A stretch of DNA of 64,000 nt from Hydrolagus affinis (lineage: Eukaryota). The first letter of the stretch is position 1; each line of letters starts with the position of its first letter. The notes beneath the pieces are model-generated. The model was not told where the DNA came from. It ran no database searches and saw only the letters and a program-made list of their open reading frames with translations. The stretch lies in NCBI GenBank assembly GCA_012026655.1, contig JAAILG010000057.1, forward strand, positions 62,001-126,000. The letters are read 5' to 3'. Of this stretch, positions 61,413-64,000 are shown piece by piece. The position numbers and the translations under genes were made by a program.

Positions 61413-64000
61413 ATAACCTAACACAGTCGGTTTGTCAAAATAAGTTGCTGTATTTTCATGGATTTCCAGATTGAAGATTCCACATTATTTTTTGGAAAGA
61501 AAAAATATATAAATCTTATCATAATAGGTTAGTGTTGTTTTATTGCAAAAATTCGGGCTGCAGTTTAAAGATTTATATATGTAATGTAAACTACCAGGGC
61601 ACAATAAAAACTGCAATACACAGAAACAAATTTATATATTTATTACAAATCAATTTTCACTATCGTTTTCAATTTGAAATAATGTTAAAGCAAATATTAC
61701 ACTGTTTAAATTTCAGCTCTTTTTAGACTTTAATGTATGACATTTATCAGTGCACATTGCAAACTACTGCCAGGAACACAAATATTCTAATTTTCACTGC
61801 TTCATTCTAAAATGTGATACAACAACAAAACAATAACAACAACTTGCATTTATATAGTGTCCTTCACTCAAATAGCACCTTGGAGCTTTTAGAACATAAT
61901 CTGCACGCCACAGATAAACTGTGTATACTATTGATATTGTCTGTATACCATTGATATGGTCTGAATATCCAAAATAATTAATACTTTCTCATAGGTTGCA
62001 GTTACATTTGCATTTATGAACATTAGCAGAAAGTGAACACTCAGCTGAAGGCTGGGTAAGCTGCTCTTGTTTCAAACAGTTGAAGTCAATTTAATTCGAG
62101 TTAACTGCATCAAGCTTGGAGCCAAATTGAAATCATGCTTTTCCTAATCAAAATAAGCAACAAATGACATTCTACAATAAATTGGTTATCCAAACTGATT
62201 AAATTCAAGTCAATCCCCATTTAGGTCTGGGATGTCTGCCAATTCCAAAAGAACTCATCAAATGTTTGAAATGTTTCATTGATAATTTCTAGTTGACAGC
62301 TCCTTCTGAAAATCTACTACAGTTTAAATTCATCATCCCCCTTTTTTTGTTTTGGTGGGGTGGGGCGAGAGTGCTGCCAGGCTGACACTAAATATATTGT
62401 TGGAGCAATGTGTAAATTGAAAGTTCCACCATTTCATACATTTAAAGAATATTTTTTGAATAAAGATGTCCACATTGTTCATTTCGAAACAAACCCAATC
62501 TACTGAAAGCAGGTTCCTCATCAAGAGACGAGTTTCAGATCAGTAAGGTCATGGAGGTGACAGAGTGCTTATGGTTGGGTGCACTGATGTCTCCCAGGAT
62601 GCCAATATTCAAAATCAGTGATGGGAAAAAGATGATATTACTGAAAAAATCTTAGCTCTTCCAGGTTGGTTAAGTGGCATCACAAACTTCCGACCAGAGT
62701 CATGAGAGGACACAGGAACGCTAAGTGACTGATGAAAACACAAGAGTGCTACATAAGAGCTCTGCTGATAAAAACATTTAGACACCTTTTCTTGCACAGT
62801 CTGAGCCTCATTTCGAAAGTGCACTCCGTGCCACATCAGTTCAGTAAAAGCTGCTCTCTGCACTGTTTCATTATTGATTAATACACAAGCTATAATGATT
62901 AGCTGCCTAGGGTCTGATGAGCAAAATAGTCACCTACAAAGGTTACATGTTCTATGACCTTTAGAAGGTCACTTACTGTGACCTATCTGTGATATCCCTG
63001 CACAGCTTAGGTCTGCTCTTTTTCAGAGTATTTCATCGCCCACTGTAAGACAAAATTGATTCCTAACTTGGAGTGAGAACAACAGCTACTGATCAGTCTC
63101 CTTTTTTCATCTTGAAAAAAACTTTATTGAGACCATGGGAAAACAAAATGTAAACTGAATGTCCCTACAATTTTCCCTTCCATCTAAGTACTGTATGAAA
63201 ATCTCAAAAGTGCTTCACCATTTACCAAGTAGGAATTTTTCAAATTTAAATCACATCTTCCTATTTCACCTTGTCTTTTGAACTTTCCCCTTTGGAATGG
63301 AACCCGACTTTGAGTAAGGACATAAGATTAAAATTGTCCAAACATGAATCAGGTTCAATGAAGCAACAGAGAAAGATGAACAAAATATTGAAGGCTGAGA
63401 AAAAATATGCAACAACTACATCAAATTACATTTGTAAGGCGCCTTTCCCATTGGGAAGACGTCCCACAGTACTGGATCGTAGTGCTGGGTGGGGAGAATA
63501 GGATCACGCAGCCTTGTGAACTAGAGGACACATGCTACAGAGTTCTGGTTAACCTGCAGCTTGTGGAGGTAAGGGATGGTTGCAGGGAATCCGTGTAGTC
63601 GAGCCTTTTTTCCTTAATTGTTTTGTTTCTCAGATTACCAATCACAAAGTCATGTGGGGCAGTACCAAGAGTAACACAGAAATCAGATATTCTGATTAGG
63701 AGAAGCAATCTTCACAATTTAGTTTAGCAAAAAGTGGGAATAGTTACTTGCTTAGATTCTATAAAATGCAACTGAATGTTTTACTAAATACCAACAATAG
63801 CCTGAGGTGTTGCATAGATTTTAGCTAATCAATGTCCCAAAGAAATGCTTTGAGCAGAGTTGTAGCATTTTTTTCCCCATATACTGATTTTGCAATAAGT
63901 ATATACATATTTTTTATTTTATCTCTCCTTTGTGCAGGGTATATGTCATGAAAGTAGGGCCTCTTTTGGAACGTAGTTCCCATGACTGAACAAAAATTTA

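Noticed and set aside
63938-64000. Strong plus-strand acceptor at the window end
   Set aside because: All three frames stop within about 55 nt and the window ends; it cannot be supported as coding, though a UTR or non-coding exon is not excluded.

Overview
AT-rich eukaryotic (vertebrate) non-coding DNA: a large intron or intergenic tract with two 100-N scaffold gaps. The repeat inventory (L2 and CR1 LINE pieces, a tRNA-headed SINE with an L2-type tail, Deu-domain SINEs) suggests a cartilaginous fish such as a chimaera, but this is an inference. I found no recognisable host protein-coding gene, no intact RNA gene and no CRISPR or prokaryotic system. Almost all ORFs in the track are chance ORFs or repeat-derived. 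Supported content: about 20 copies or fragments of one tRNA-SINE in three structural variants, older Deu-type SINEs, several L2 and CR1 fragments (including one young RT-coding L2), and two hAT-type non-autonomous DNA transposons, one carrying a nested L2. The least expected signal is a dense set of about 10 heavily decayed PIF/Harbinger transposase fossils, recognised only by eye from motif order. They include a convergent Myb/SANT plus transposase pair (46.7-47.8 kb), a long collinear fossil (56.3-57.6 kb) and one fragment framed by splice sites as a frame-preserving 186-nt cassette (18380-18565). Also noted: a TATA/CCAAT promoter-like island with candidate downstream exons on the minus strand (23.1-24.05 kb), several perfect local inverted repeats that look like templated repair scars, and a diverged local duplication. 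Family assignments come from memory of consensus motifs, not from database searches. I cannot claim a new biological system here.
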